A DNA stretch of 62,177 nt, the filler included, from Chiloscyllium plagiosum (Eukaryota), in NCBI RefSeq assembly GCF_004010195.1. It is 4 parts of one record of this genome, joined end to end, with 100 filler letters (N's around TTAATTAATTAA, not from the genome) between each part and the next. Parts side by side here need not be neighbours in the genome. Positions count along the whole stretch, not along the records: positions 19,205 to 38,466 come from NC_057714.1; 3 more parts are not named here. One strand, given 5' to 3'. Below are positions 24,323 to 37,365 of the stretch, one piece after another. A model generated the notes under the pieces. The model was not told the origin of the DNA. It did no database searches and saw only the letters and a program-made list of their open reading frames with translations. Made by a program: the position numbers and the translations under genes. The first letter of the stretch is position 1. Each line of letters starts with the position of its first letter.

Positions 24323-24721
24323 CAATGTTATGGCAGGTGTTCTATCAAGAGCATCTATGAAGGAAACCCAATATTGTAATCTAAATGGACTTATGTGGAT
24401 ATATATTCATTAAACTCACAATGTCAATACATTATTAGTTAATTGAGCATACAAATAGAGCTGAAAATAACTTTTTGTGGAAAATAAAAATGTTTCTTCA
24501 TGATATATTTTGACTAATCTTTAGGTGACGGTGGGAAAAAAGGTTGATATAATTGTTAGAATTTGCATTTCAACACAGTGACATATGAGTGTTAGTTAGT
24601 TTGTGGGCTTTTTTTAAAGAAGTTAAACTAGATAGTCTTTCCAGAATAGTGACCTAATTCAGACAGCAGAGAACCACATGCGTGTTAATGCAATGCAACA
24701 TTTATACTGCAATGGTTAATA

Positions 24722-25107
24722 CCGCCTTGGAACATTTCAACCCCAGGGCATCAATGTGGACTTCAACAGCTTCCTCATTTCCCCTTCCCCCATCTCATCC
24801 TAGTTTCAAACTTCCAGCTCAGCACTGTCCCCATGGGTTGTCCGGATTTGTCCGACCTGCCTAGCTCTTTTTCCACCTATCCACTCCACCCTCTCCTCCC
24901 TGACCTATCACCTTCATCTCCTCCCCCACTCACCCATTGTACTCTATGCTACTCTCTCCCCACCCCCACCCTCCCCTAGCTTATCTCTCCACGCTTCAGG
25001 CTCACTGCCTTTATTCCTGATGAAGGGCTTTTGCCCGAAACGTCGATTTCGAAGCTCCTTGGATGCTGCCTGAACTGCTGTGCTCTTCCAGCACCACTGA
25101 TCCAGAA
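24722..25107 (+). mobile_element. PLE family A 3' end
   Basis: ORF end (..GINVDFNSF), C-rich tract, pLTR; 11-bp TSD aatggttaata (24711-24721 / 25108-25118). Confidence 0.85.
25013..25048 (+). ncRNA. Minimal type I hammerhead ribozyme motif (family A), core intact
   Basis: ATTC-CTGATGA(25017-25023)-A-GGGC/TTTT/GCCC-GAAA-CGTC(predicted cut after 25044)-GATT. Confidence 0.75.
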
Positions 25108-26089
25108 AATGGTTAATAACAGATGAGTAAAAATGGAAGATCATTAGTTTGTCTTCAGTTCAGAGTAATCAAATATTGATTTGGCTTAAAAAAATCTGGA
25201 GTTTGAAAGTTTTAAGGACAGTTCAAAGGAGAACTTCCTGGGGTTAAAAGCAAATTAATTTTTCTCTTTTTGCTATCTCAAAAGTTCATGGAAAGTACGG
25301 TCATCTCAGTATAAAAATTTAGTATTTGAAATTTCCAGACCAGGAGTACTTGGTTGGATGTCTGCAGGTCATTAAAAGCTGGGAATGTTTTAGCTATAAG
25401 TTTTATGAGTATTCATATGAGAATTGATTATAAGTGAGTTTAAGGGGAAAGACAGGAAAGTGGAATTGAGGAACATCAGATCAACATTATCTCATTGAAT
25501 GGTCAACTCCTGCACCTAAATCTTATGGTCTAACACTATAGTTTCTTAGGACAGAAACTATGCAGAATTGGCTTATCAAATCTTAAGGAATAGTTATAGA
25601 GGGGTAATGTCTCTTCGTTAGACTTTCTATGGTGTGATGGTGTTTTGAAGTAGATTGAAAAGATAGATTTGCTGTGTGTTTCAAGATATTTCTAAATTGT
25701 CTTTTTAATTCAAGTAGCTTGCTTTGTTTCTTTTTGTTTTTATTTTTTATGCAATCTCTGATCTGGTTTGAAAAACATCTACAACTTCATGAGACTACAT
25801 GATTAAGCAATTGACATCTGTTTTTAAATAAAACAAGCATATGATCTCGGAAGTTAGGTTTGACTTGTCCAGCAGAACTGGTCATGATACCAGCATGTTT
25901 CTGCACAATCTCTTTATTTGCATTATGGTATGCTTTACATTTCCCTACTGCACTCTATTCCAACTCTCTTCTCAGACTCTTGTACATGACTGCTGATGTC
26001 ACTGTTACATCATGAAACACAACCATCAACCCATTACTGTACATCCTCTTTATCAACACCAACTCCAGCATCATTTGTGACTCAACAGT

Positions 26090-26900
26090 TATTAAAACAA
26101 TCCATGTCCAAATGTAAAAAAACCTGGCAATATCCAGGCTTGGGCGGAAAAGTGGCATGTACCATTTATACCAACAAATGCTAGGCAATGACTATCTCCA
26201 AAATGAGACAATCTACTCACAAAACTCTTGACATTCAATTGCATTACTGAATTGCCCATGATTAACATTCTGGGGGTTACCATTGACCACAAACTCAATT
26301 GGACTCCGTACATAAACATAGTGTCTACAAGAATGGGTCGGAGATAGAAATACTGCAGCAAATAACTTGCCTACATGCACAAATCAGGAGTGTGATAGAA
26401 TACTCCCCACTTGCCTGGATGAATGCAGCTCCAATAATACTTAAGAACCTTGACACCATCCAAGCCATTACTGCTTGCTTGACTGACACCACATCGACAA
26501 ACATTCACTCCTTCCCCCATCAATGTTCTGTAGCAGCAGTGTGTACAATCTACAAGATGCACTTCAGAAATTCACCAAGGATTCTGAGACAGCTGCTTCC
26601 AAACTCATGACCATTTCCATCTAGAAGAACAAGGACAGCAACACATAGGAACACCACCAGCTGCAAATTCCCCTCTAAGCCACACTCAATTCTGACTTAG
26701 AAATACATCAGCTGTTCTCGCACTGTTGCTGGGTCAAAGTTTTGGATTTCGCTCCACAATGGGCATTGTGGGTCTACCAACAGCAGGTGGACTGCAGTGG
26801 TTCAAGAAGATAGCTCACCACCACCTTCTCAAGGCCAATTAGTGATGGATAATAAATGTTGGCCAGTTAGTGATGCACATATCCCATCAGTGAATTTAAA
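26090..26900 (+). mobile_element. Non-LTR retrotransposon 3' part (second CR1/L2-group family)
   Basis: AQIRSVIEYSPLAWMNAAP...LDTIQA...IYKMH; same 3' UTR as at 23840-23910. Confidence 0.75.
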
Positions 26901-27199
26901 AAAGATTCTGCTCATTACCACCAATCCCATCAATACTCTCTTTAATCAACTGAATTCCAACATACATTCTTATTATTATCCACAATAACAAGATGTTAAT
27001 ACTCTCTCCATCCATAGAACTAAATCCTACTGGATCATAGCTAAGTGCCTCATTAATAAGACAAATTACCATACCACCACCATTAGTTTCAGGCTATTTC
27101 CCACAATCTACTAAACACTGAACAGTTTTCCTGATCTTTAGAATAGCAGTTTGGCTTCCATCAGACCAACCTGGTTCTAATTCTACTACAACGTTGATC

Positions 27200-27615
27200 T
27201 AATCCTACATGGAAGTGCTGAATTCCAGGTGCGATTAACTGCCCTGGATATTAAGGTTGCATTTGAGCAAATGTAGCATTCAAAGGGACTGAGCAAAATT
27301 GGAGCCAAAGAAACCCAGAGAGAAAGCCAGCTGTTGCTTCGAATCAAATCTGGCAGAAATGAAGATGATTGTGGTTTTTGGAGGTCAATCATCTCAACTC
27401 CAGAACATCTCTACAGGGGTTCTTCACCATAATTATCTCAGCCTAATTGCTTTATAAATGATCTTCCCTCTCTCATAAGGTCATAGTGGGGATGTTTCCT
27501 GATTACTGTGCAACGTTCAGTGCCAATAGCAACTCCTCAGCTACTGAAGCAATCCATGTTCAAATACAATAAGGTTTGGACAATACCCAGATTTGGGTTG
27601 ACAAGTGGCAAGTAA
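27200..27615 (+). mobile_element. RT fragment of the same second LINE family, old
   Basis: ALDIKVAF-like motif, INDLPS, ...WVDKWQVTF. Confidence 0.6.
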
Positions 27616-28094
27616 CTTCTGTATTTTATAAAGACCCATATCATTTTATTTCTCAGCATTTCTAGTTGTTGGCTGAACTGGGTAAAGGACTGTTTTAAAA
27701 TCAAAACATTGTGAAAAGGATTGCTGCACTTGTTAAAATCAAGTTACCAACACTCCATGTAAATGGTGTTTACACTGCTGCTTGTTCAAACAGTGGGGAA
27801 ACGTTACTACAGATGGGCTGGCACCAGAGGTTGTGAATTAGATTTGGCTAGCAACAAGTAGTTATCTACCTATACGATTGGGCAACAGAATGTGAGCAAC
27901 AGACCAAAAGACTTCGGACCCACGGATGAGGAATTGGTGTCTCTCTCTCTCATAAGTGTAGTAAAAAATACCAAAAGCCTGAGGAAAACCAGTTTATTTT
28001 CCCTCACCAATTGCTGTCAATTGTGGCTTTTAACTAATGGTTAAGAGACTTCACAATTTGTGAACCCTCTGTGCCTGAGAGGTAAGTGGGGATA

Positions 28095-28225
28095 AATTTA
28101 TCTCTCAGCCCTCGGCTCACAAGTCTCATTCTTGATGAAGGGCTTATGCCCGAAAGGTGGACTATCTTGCTCAACGGATGCTGCCTGCCCTGGTGTGCTT
28201 TTCCAGCACCACACTTTTGGCTCGA
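28095..28225 (+). mobile_element. PLE family A pLTR fragment with decayed hammerhead
   Basis: ttgatgaagggcttatgcccgaaagg...gatgctgcctg...ttttccagcaccacac. Confidence 0.75.
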
Positions 28226-28264
28226 AACTGCAAAGGACTTACTTCAGAGCTGTCCCTGACAGTT

Positions 28265-29865
28265 TTTTGGATGAGGTCGTAGATTTGTTCACCGAGCCGG
28301 TGTGTTTTTCTGCAGACATTTTGTTGCCTCGTTAGTCGACATCATCAGTGCGTCTTCGATGAAGTGTCAGTGGTCAGCCCTGTCTGGTATTTATGTGTCT
28401 CTGTTTCTTGGTACTTCCGGTTTCGTGTCTGAATGGTTTGCAAAATGGGGTCCAGTTCAATGTATTTATTGATTGAGTTTTGGACGGAGTGCCAGGCTTC
28501 AAGGAATTCTCTGGTGTATCTCTGTTTCACCTGTGCTAGGATTGTTGTTACATCCTCCCAGTTGAATTTGTGTCCTTTGATGTCTGTGTGGTTGGAAATG
28601 AGAGAGTACAGGTCATGCTGGGCAATGGTGAGCTGATGTTCGTGCGCTTGTATGGTCAGTTTTCTTTCTGTTTGTCCCGTGTAGTGTTTTCACAGTCCTT
28701 GTAGATAATGTTCATCCTGTTGGATATGGGTGTCAGGTCTTTAACCATTGTGAGGATCTGTTGGAAGGTGTTTACTGGTTTGTGGGCCACTAGGAATCCC
28801 AGGGGTCTAAGTAGTCGGATGGCTATCTCTGAGATGCCTTTGATGTATGGTCTGGTCACTATTGTGCCTGGTCATGTAGTGTTTTCTTACATAGAACATA
28901 GAACATAGAACAATAAGTGCAGAACAGGCCCTTCGGCCCTTGATGTTGCGCCAACCTGTGAACTATTTTCAGCTCGTCCCCCTACACTATCCGAGCATTA
29001 TCCATGTGCTTATCTAAGGATTGTTTAAATCTCCCTAATGTGGCTGAGTTGACTACATAAAGACATTCCATGCCCTTACCACTCTCTGCGTAAAGAACCT
29101 GCCTCTGATGTCTGTCTTAAATCTACCACCCCTCAATTTGTAGTTATGTCCCCTCGTTCAAACTGACATCATCATCCTAAGAAAAAGACTTTCACTGTCT
29201 ACCCTGTCTAATGCTCTGATCATCTTGTATGTCTTTATCAAATCCCCACTTAGTCTTCTTCTTTCCAATGAGAACAGACCCAAGTCTCTCAGCCTTTCCT
29301 CATAAGACCTTCCCTCCAGACCAGGCAACATCCTGGCAAATCTCCTCTGCACCTTTCCCAATGCTTCCACATCTTTCCCGAAATATGGGGACCAGACCTG
29401 TATACAATATTCCAAGTGTGGCCGCACTAGTGTTTTCTTCTTTAGGTTTGTTGCACAAGTACCAGAGGTTAGTGCTCTTGGGGTACCCGTTTCATTTAAA
29501 TCTTTTGAATAGGTGTTTCTGTTCCAGCTTCTGGAGTTCTGGGCTGCTGCAGAGTGTCCTTGCTCACAAAGACAATGAAGGGCACAAATTCAACTGGGAG
29601 GATGTAACCATCCTAGTACACGCCAGAGAATTCCTTGAAGCTTGGCACTACAACCGGAACTCAATCAATAAACACATTGAACCGACCCTGGATACAAACC
29701 ACTCATACACAGAACCGGAAGTACCAAACAACAGAGACACATAAATAGCAGGTGGGACAGACCACTTACACCTTATCAAAGGCGCATTGACGATGTCACC
29801 CAGCAAGGCAGCAAAATGTCTGCAGAAAAACACACTGGCTCGGTGAATGAACCTACAACCTTGCA
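28265..29865. mobile_element. PLE family B with inverted arrangement (minus 28265-29560, plus 29560-29865), split by a CR1
   Basis: PYIKGISE..RLLRPLG..VAHKP, REFLEAWHS..SINK; both outer ends carry decayed hammerhead pLTRs. Confidence 0.75.
28888..29428 (-). mobile_element. CR1 3' fragment
   Basis: RPHLEYCIQVWSPY...; tail (catagaa)n. Confidence 0.9.
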
Positions 29866-30763
29866 CCTGATAGAGTTCAGGAAACCCAGGTGATTCAGTT
29901 GGTGGATAAACTGGTGACATCATTGCCTGACAGTCAAGAATACAGACATAATTGAAGTAGTTTAGAGAGAGACCTGGTAGCCCGGGCAGTAAAACATAAA
30001 AATCAGGTAGTACTCAGTTACTTCTTAAGTATTTGAAGCATAAGGAAAAATAAAAACTTGAAATAAAAAAGCTGGAGATGGAATTCCAAATGGAAAAAAA
30101 ACCCAATAGAAATGGAAAGAATTGATGGCAATAGAATTGAAAATAATATTTCCAGCCAAAATGGTAGCAGAATAGCAGTACAACGTGCTCGTCCTGAGCC
30201 CAAGTGCCCAGAGCTTATCTGCTCCATCAACTCTTACTATTTTTTTATTCTTTCCCTGCTTTCTTTTCACTTTAACCTTACTTATCTTCTGTGGAGAATT
30301 CAGCTGGTGTCAAAGTATCCAGTGTGTCAGGGAAGGTTTGTTCCCGGCCCCGGAGGGAACTGAGTTTGTGCAACTGGCAGAAGGGGAGTGATTATGGTTC
30401 CTGGCAGTGGTAGAGAGAGGTGAGTTCAGACTAGGTGTGGGACCCGATAGCTTCAGCTGTTGCTGCATTACTGAGATCAGCCCAGCACATACTCATGAAG
30501 GCAGCATTGTCAGTAGAGGCATGATGGCACCGAAGAATGGTGGCATGATTTTGTAGTAGTGGTGCAGCGAAGAGACTCAAGGCTGGACGATTGCTTCGTA
30601 CTGGAGATTGTCTCAGCATCGTTGGAGAACAATCCGGATCCAGGCCTACATTTAAGCACCTCAGAAGGACTGTAATGTGTCCCAGAGCAGTACAAGGGGA
30701 AGCATGTCTTTGAACAGGGTTGAGGAGAAGTGAGTCCTGGAGATCCGCAAGAAGAAAAGCGAG

Positions 30764-32416
30764 AGTGTGGTGCTGATAAGCACAGCAAGAAATTCTTCAC
30801 CATTGACATCAAGTCCTTAAACACCTCCATCCACAATGACCAGGGCCTCCAGGCCCTCCGTTTCTTCCTCTCCCGATGTCCCCACCAGTACCCTTCCACT
30901 GACACTCTTATTTGTTTGGCTGAACTGGTCCTCACCCTCAACAATTTCTCCTTCGAATCCTCCCAACTTCATCCAAACTGAAGGGGTAACCATGGGCACC
31001 TGCATGGGCCCCAGCTATGCCTGTCTCTTTGTCAGCTACATGGAACAGTCTCTCATCTGCAGTTAAACTGGCACCTCTCTCCAACTCTTCCTCCGCTACA
31101 TTGATGACTGCAACGGCACCACCTCGTGCTCCCAAGATGAGGTTAAACAGTTCATCAACTTCACCAACACATTCCATCCCAACCTTAAATTCACCTGGAC
31201 CATCTCTAAAAACCAAACCAACTCCCACAGCTACCTGGATTACACCTCCTCCCAACCTGCCTCTTGCAAAAATGCCGTCCCTTATTCCCAAATCCTTCGC
31301 CTCTGCCACATCTCCTCCCAGGAGGACAGTCACTCCACAGAACACATCAGATGGCCTCCTTCTTTAAAGACTGCAATTTCCCCTCCCATGCGGTTAATGA
31401 TGCCCTCCAGCGCACCTCCGCTCTCGAACCCCAGCTCTCCAATGGCAACAAGGACAGAACCCCCCAGTCCTCACCTTCCACCCCACCAACCTCCGTATAC
31501 ATTGCATCATCCTCCGCCATTTCCTCCACCTATAAATGGAACCCACCACCAGAAATATATTTCCTTCCCCACCCCTATCCGCTTTCCATAATGACCATTC
31601 CCTCCGTGACTACCTCATCAAGTCCACACCACCCAACAATCCACCCTCCCCTCCCGGCAAGCTCCCCTGCCACCACAGGAATTGCAAAACTGAACTCACA
31701 CCTGTCCCTCACCTCCGGCCAAGGCCCCAAAGGAACCTTCGACATCCATCAATGTTTCACCATCAAAGCACTTCCACACATGTCATTATTCTGTCCGTTG
31801 CTCCTGGTACAGTCTCCTCTACATTGGAGAGACAGGACGCCTACTCGCAGAGCATTTCAGAGAATATCTCTGGGACACCCGCACCAACCTACCCCACCAT
31901 CCCGTGGCTGAACACTTCGACACCCCCTCCAACTGTGCCAAGGACATGCAGATCTTGGGCCTCCTCCACCACCACTCCCTTACCACCTGATGCCTGGAGG
32001 AAGAACACCTCACCTTCTGCCTCGCACTCTCCAACCCCATGGCATAAATGTGGATTTCTCCTGTTTCTTTATTTTCCCTCCCCCCACCTTATCCCAGTTA
32101 CCTTCCAGCTCAGCAGCGTTCTCATAACCTATCCCATCTGTCCATCTTCCTTCCCATTGGTCTGCACCACCCTCCCCTCCGACCTATCACTTTTACCCCC
32201 ATCACCATCCACCAATTGCACTCTCAGCTACCTTCTCCCACCCCCACCTCCTCCCATTTATCTCTCCACTCACAAGGATACCAGCCTCATTTCTGATGAA
32301 GGGTTTTTGCCGGAAATGCCGACTCTCCTGCTCCTCGGATGCTGCCTGACCTGCTGTGCTTTTCCAGCATCACACTCTCGACTCTAATCTCCAGCATCTG
32401 CAGTACTCACTTTCAC
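30764..32416 (+). mobile_element. PLE family A, 5'-truncated (RT, GIY-YIG, pLTR) with short inverted 5' piece
   Basis: FFTIDIKSL...LTLNNFSF...GVTMGT..GPSYACLF...RYIDD; 16-bp TSD caagaagaaaagcgag (30748-30763 / 32417-32432). Confidence 0.9.
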
Positions 32417-32669
32417 CAAGAAGAAAAGCGAGTCATGGAGCAGCGTGAGCGGAAAAGAGTCTTGAACAGTGCAACTTATCTTGGTGCAGCCGAGTACCTG
32501 TGTGGAATGGATAGAAGGCTTGGAGGAGAGTGGGACATTGGTTGGACTGGGGCCAGGTGTGGGTGGTCAGACTACACACTCGCAGAACTGCTGTAATGCT
32601 GCTTCATTGTAATGTCTACTTGAAATTCTTTACCTGACTATAATGTCAATCCTTTAACTTCTTTATGGC

Positions 32670-33015
32670 GGGACCTGAGTGGATAGAGACCAGCTTTTTC
32701 CCAGCGTGAAGGATTCAATAACGAGAGGTCACACTTTCAAGGTGAGAAGTTAAAAGTTTAAGGGGGATACACGCGGCAAGTACTTTACACAGAGGATGGT
32801 GGGTGTCTGGAACGTGTTGCCAGCAGAAGTGGTAATGGCAGGCACAGTAGATTCATTTAAGATGTGTCTGGACAGATGCATGAGCAGGTAGAGACCAGAG
32901 GGATACAGATGCTTAGGAATTGGGTGACAGGTTTAGACAGTAGATTTGGATCGGCTCAGGCTTGGAGGGCCGAAGGGCCTGTTCCTGGGCTGTAAATTTT
33001 CTTTGTTCTTTGTTC
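32670..33015 (+). mobile_element. CR1 3' fragment
   Basis: 3' UTR ending ttctttgttctttgttct. Confidence 0.8.
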
Positions 33016-33189
33016 TTAACTATGTTATTTCTAATTCCTTTTCTAGACATTGTACGTAATACTACTACTTGTCCTGTTATTCATGTTTAGTATTCAAGAT
33101 TCGTACATAGGTAATTTTACCTAAGATGGCGCCATTAGAGGCAGCTATTGCAAAAACTTTTAACTGTACTCCTGTGCTGGAGTACTCGT

Positions 33190-33685
33190 GCTGGTCATCG
33201 ACAGCACCCTCATGGAGATTGTGAGGAACACCAAGTATCTTGGCATCCATCTGGCAGAGAATCTCACCTGGTCCCTCAACACCAGCTCCATAGCCAAGAA
33301 AGCCCAGCAGCATCTCTACTTTCTGCGTAGGTTGAGGAAAGCCCTCCTCCCACTACCCCCACCTCCCCCAACCCCTATCCTCACCACATTCTATAAAAGG
33401 TTCATTGAGAGTACCTTGAGCTGATGCATCACTGCCTGGTTTGGGAATTGCACTGTCTCGGATCGTAAGATCCTACAACAGATAGTGTGGACAGCTGAGA
33501 GGATCATTGGGGTCTCTCTTCCCACCATTGCAGACATTTACAACATAAGCTGCATCCGAAAGGCTAAGAGCATTGAGGAAGACCTCACACACCCTATAGC
33601 TTTAACTCTTCTCCCTCCTGCCATCTGGCAGAAGATACCAGAGCATTTGGTCTCTCAGGACCAGACTATTCAACAGTTTCTTCCT
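33190..33685 (+). mobile_element. Rex1/L2-type LINE C-terminal fragment
   Basis: KYLGIHLAENLTWSLNTSSIAKKAQQHLYFLRRLRK...FYKRFIESTL. Confidence 0.75.
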
Positions 33686-33699
33686 GCTGATAATTACTG

Positions 33700-34745
33700 C
33701 TTTCTATTTGTATGGCCTTCAAGACCATCAATCATACCCTTACTGGCATAAAATTCACTAAAGAGGAGGAAAACAACAACAAACTGCCATTCCTAGATGT
33801 CATAGTAGAGCGAACAGCCAATGGGCAACTTCAAACCAGCGTCTACAGGAAAACAACACATTTGGACCAAATATTGAATTACAGAAGCAATCATCCCAAC
33901 CTCCACAAATGGCACTGCATCAGAGCATTAGTTCAACGAGGCAACACACACTGCAGTACAGAGGAACTACGCAGAGCAGAGGAAAATCACCTATACCGTG
34001 TATTAAAAAAGAATGGGTACCCAATGAACTCAGTTTGCTGATTTCTTAGCAACAAACCCAAACAAGCAGACAAAACACATCCAGAAACCCTAGCCACTCT
34101 CCCCTACATCAAAGACTTCTTGGAAATGACTGCCAGACTACTCAGACCTTTTGGCATCATGGTAGCCCACAAACCCACCAACACACTAAAACAGCAGCTA
34201 ATGAACTTGAAAGACCCTATACAAACAACAAGCAAAATTAATGTCATTTATGAAATACTGTGCAAGAACTGTAACAAACATGACATTGGACAAACAGTCA
34301 GGAAACTAGCCACCAGGATACATGAACATCAACTAGCCACAAAACAACATGACCCTCTCTCACTAGTATCCTTACATACAGATAAGGAAGGACACCACTT
34401 CGACTGGGACAAAACGCCATCCTAGGACAAGCCAAACAGAGACATGCTTGAGAATTCGTAGAGGCATGGCATTCCTAACGGAACTGTATCAACAAGCACA
34501 TTGAGTTAGACCCCCATCTACCATCCCCTGTGAAAAAGAACAGGAAATGACATTACCACAGGAAATGACATCACCGACCCAAAGAAACCCAAACATATAA
34601 ATAGAAAGCAGGAATTATTAGCCGTGCTTCGCCTGAGGCCAACTGAAGATGTTACTTAGTAAGGTGACGAAATGAACCTTCCAGTTCAGCGAATAAACCT
34701 ACATCCAGAACTTCAACCTGAGCTAAAATCCTCTCAAAACTCACT
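33700..34745 (+). mobile_element. PLE family B 3' half (RT thumb, GIY-YIG endonuclease, pLTR)
   Basis: IKFTKEEENNNKLPFLDV..TSVYRKTTH..SNHP; NVIYEILCKNCNKHDIGQTVRKLATRIHEHQ; partial hammerhead CTGAAGA at 34643. Confidence 0.9.
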
Positions 34746-34749
34746 AAGT

Positions 34750-35580
34750 CTAAAAATTCTGAAATTCTAACATAAAATCATGAAAAATAGGCTTAGAATT
34801 GCATAGGAATCAGAAACTTAGAACATGAATATTGGTTTTAAATGATACTGGTAAGACAGGAGACATTAATTGCTGGTATAGACTCTGATAGGGAAAAATT
34901 GAATCATAATTTGAGGTCAAGCAAGAAAATACTTAAGTTTGCATATTTGATACCAAAATTTGGGATGTGGAGAAATCTCTCATGTTATTTGAAAGAAATG
35001 GCAAGATAAATGAACTGGGATAAAGAAGACTATACACTTCTCATGCAAGTAAGTTTAAAGTTTAAAGCACAGGAAATTTATGCTTCATGGTCAGAGGTTT
35101 CTCAGAATAATGATGCTGTAATAAAATCTATATTAGTTGCACACAAGTTAGTGCTTGAAGCGTAAGGGCAAAATAGAACATAGAACATTTCAGTGCAGTA
35201 CAGGCCCTTCAGCCCTCAATGTTGCACCGACCTGTGGAACCAATCTGAAGCCCACCTAAACCTACACTATTTCATTCTCGTCCATATGCCTATTCAATGA
35301 CCATTTAAATGCCCATAAAGTTGGCGAGTATACTACTGTTGCAGGCAGAGTGTTCCATGCCTGTACTATTCTTTGTGTAAAGAAACTACTTCTGACATCT
35401 GTCCTATATCTATCACCCCTCAATTTAAAGCTCTGCCACCTCATGCTAGCCATCATCCTAGGAAAAAGGCCCTCATTGTCCACCCGATCTAACCCTCTGA
35501 TTATCTTATATGTCTCAAAAATTATCGAATTTAAAGAAAAAAGCCTGCACAAAACTATATTGAACTTGCAAGAGTTAAAG
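34750..35580 (+). mobile_element. Gypsy (Gmr1-type) gag remnant, split by a CR1 tail at ~35173-35515
   Basis: Degenerate LIPKF..MNWDKEDYTLLMQVSLKFKAQEIYAS..AVIKSILVAHKLVLEA, resuming NLKKKPAQNYIELARVK. Confidence 0.6.
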
Positions 35581-35814
35581 AAAGAAACATAGAAGTAGAA
35601 GCAGAAGCAGACTATTTGATCTTTTGAACCTGCTCTGTCATTCAATAAAATCATGACTGATCATTTAATGCAATAAACTGTTTCTGCTTTTCCCCACTTC
35701 CTTCGGTCCCTCTAGACTCAGGTGCTATATCCAATTCCTGCTTGAAATTATAAAATATTTTGGCCTCCATCCCTTAGACTGAGACTTCTAGTTCTGAACT
35801 CCCTTCTATCAGGA

Positions 35815-35935
35815 ACATGCTTATGCCCGAAACATCGATTCTCCTGTTCCTTTGATGCTGCCTGACCTGCTGCGCTTTTCCAGCAACACATTTTCAGCTC
35901 TGATCTCCAGCATCTGCAGTCCTCACTTTCTCCTA
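35815..35935 (+). mobile_element. PLE family A pLTR fragment
   Basis: gcttatgcccgaaacatcgattctcc...cctcactttctcc. Confidence 0.8.
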
Positions 35936-35939
35936 GTAA

Positions 35940-36482
35940 TAGAGTCAGACAGTCATACAAGGTGGAGACAGACCCTTTGGTCAAACTGGTCCACATCGAC
36001 CATAGTCCCACTTGCCTGCATTTGGCGCAAATCTTCCCAAACCTTTCCTATTAATGTACGTGACCAAATGTGTTTTAAATGTTGCAGCTGTGCCACTTCC
36101 TCTGGCAGTTCATTCCACATACGAACCACTCGCTTAGTAAAAATGTTGCACAAGTCCTTTTTCAAACTTTCTCCTCTCACCTTAAAAATATAGCTTTGAA
36201 CTCCACACCATAGGGAAAAGACCCTTGTCATTCACCTTATCCATGCCCCTAATGATTTTATAAACCTCTATCAGGTCACTCCTCAACCTCCTACACTCCA
36301 TGAAAATAGTCCCAGCCTATCCAGCCTATTTTTATAACTCAAACCCTCCATTCCCAGCAACATCCTGGTAAATCTTTTTCTGAACCCTCTCCAATTTAAT
36401 AATATCCTTTGTATAACAGGGTGACTAGAACTGAAAACAGTACTCCAGATATAGCCTCATCAATGTCCTGTACAACCTCAAC
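35940..36482 (-). mobile_element. CR1 3' fragment
   Basis: Antisense FKVRGE..RVVRMWNELPEEV. Confidence 0.8.
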
Positions 36483-36894
36483 TGATGTAAAGTGTCAAAA
36501 GATTCACAAATCCGAATGGGAAGAGGATTATGTAACTCACTGTGAAGCACGGCACAATTAAAGCCCATATTCTCAAGAGCCTGTTAGATTTTCATAAATT
36601 TCTCTAAGATCCCCCCTCATTCATCTGAACACCTATGAATATAATACTTATTGATAGTCAGAAAAACATCCCTGCAATACATCCTTGCCCAAATCCTCTT
36701 GCTACAATGGCCAACATATCATTTGCTTTCTTTACTGCCTGCTGCACCTGCATGCTTACCTTCAGCAGTTGAGTATACAAAGAGATCGAGGTCTTGTTGC
36801 ACATTCCCCTCTCTCAAGTTATAGCTATTAAGATAATAATCTATCCTCCTGTTTTTGCTACCAAAGTGGGTAACCTCAAATTCCGCCACATAGT

Positions 36895-37365
36895 TCTGCA
36901 TTTCTCCTTTGAATCCTCCCATTTCCTTCATATGAAAGGGGTAGCCATGGGCACCCGCATGGGCCTCAGCTATGCCTGTCTCTTTGTCGGTTATGTGGAA
37001 CAGTCCATTTTCCGCAGTTACATCAGCACCACTCACCACCTTTTCCTCCATACATTGATGACTGTATCGGTGCCACTTCATGCTCTCAAGAGGAAGGTGA
37101 ACACTTCATCATCTTCACCAAAACATTCCACCCAACCTCAAGTTCACCTGGATCACCTCAGACACCTCCCTCCCCTACCTGGACCTCTCCATCTCCATCA
37201 ATGGTGACCGACTCAACACTGACATGTTCTACAAACCCACCGACTCCCACAGCTACCCAGAATACACCTCCTCCCACCTTGCCTCCTGTATAAATGTTAT
37301 CCGTTATTTCCAATCCTTCCGCCTCCGCCGCATCTGCACCCAGGAGGGCCAATTCCATCACAAAA
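36895..37365 (+). mobile_element. PLE family A RT fragment
   Basis: KGVAMGTRMGLSYACLFVGYVEQ; FYKPTDSHSY. Confidence 0.85.

Noticed and set aside
31264..32387. Long Pro/Ser/Thr-rich ORFs (also 40758-41306, 47527-49018, 54462-54776)
   Set aside because: Alternative frames of C-rich PLE sequence, not host genes.
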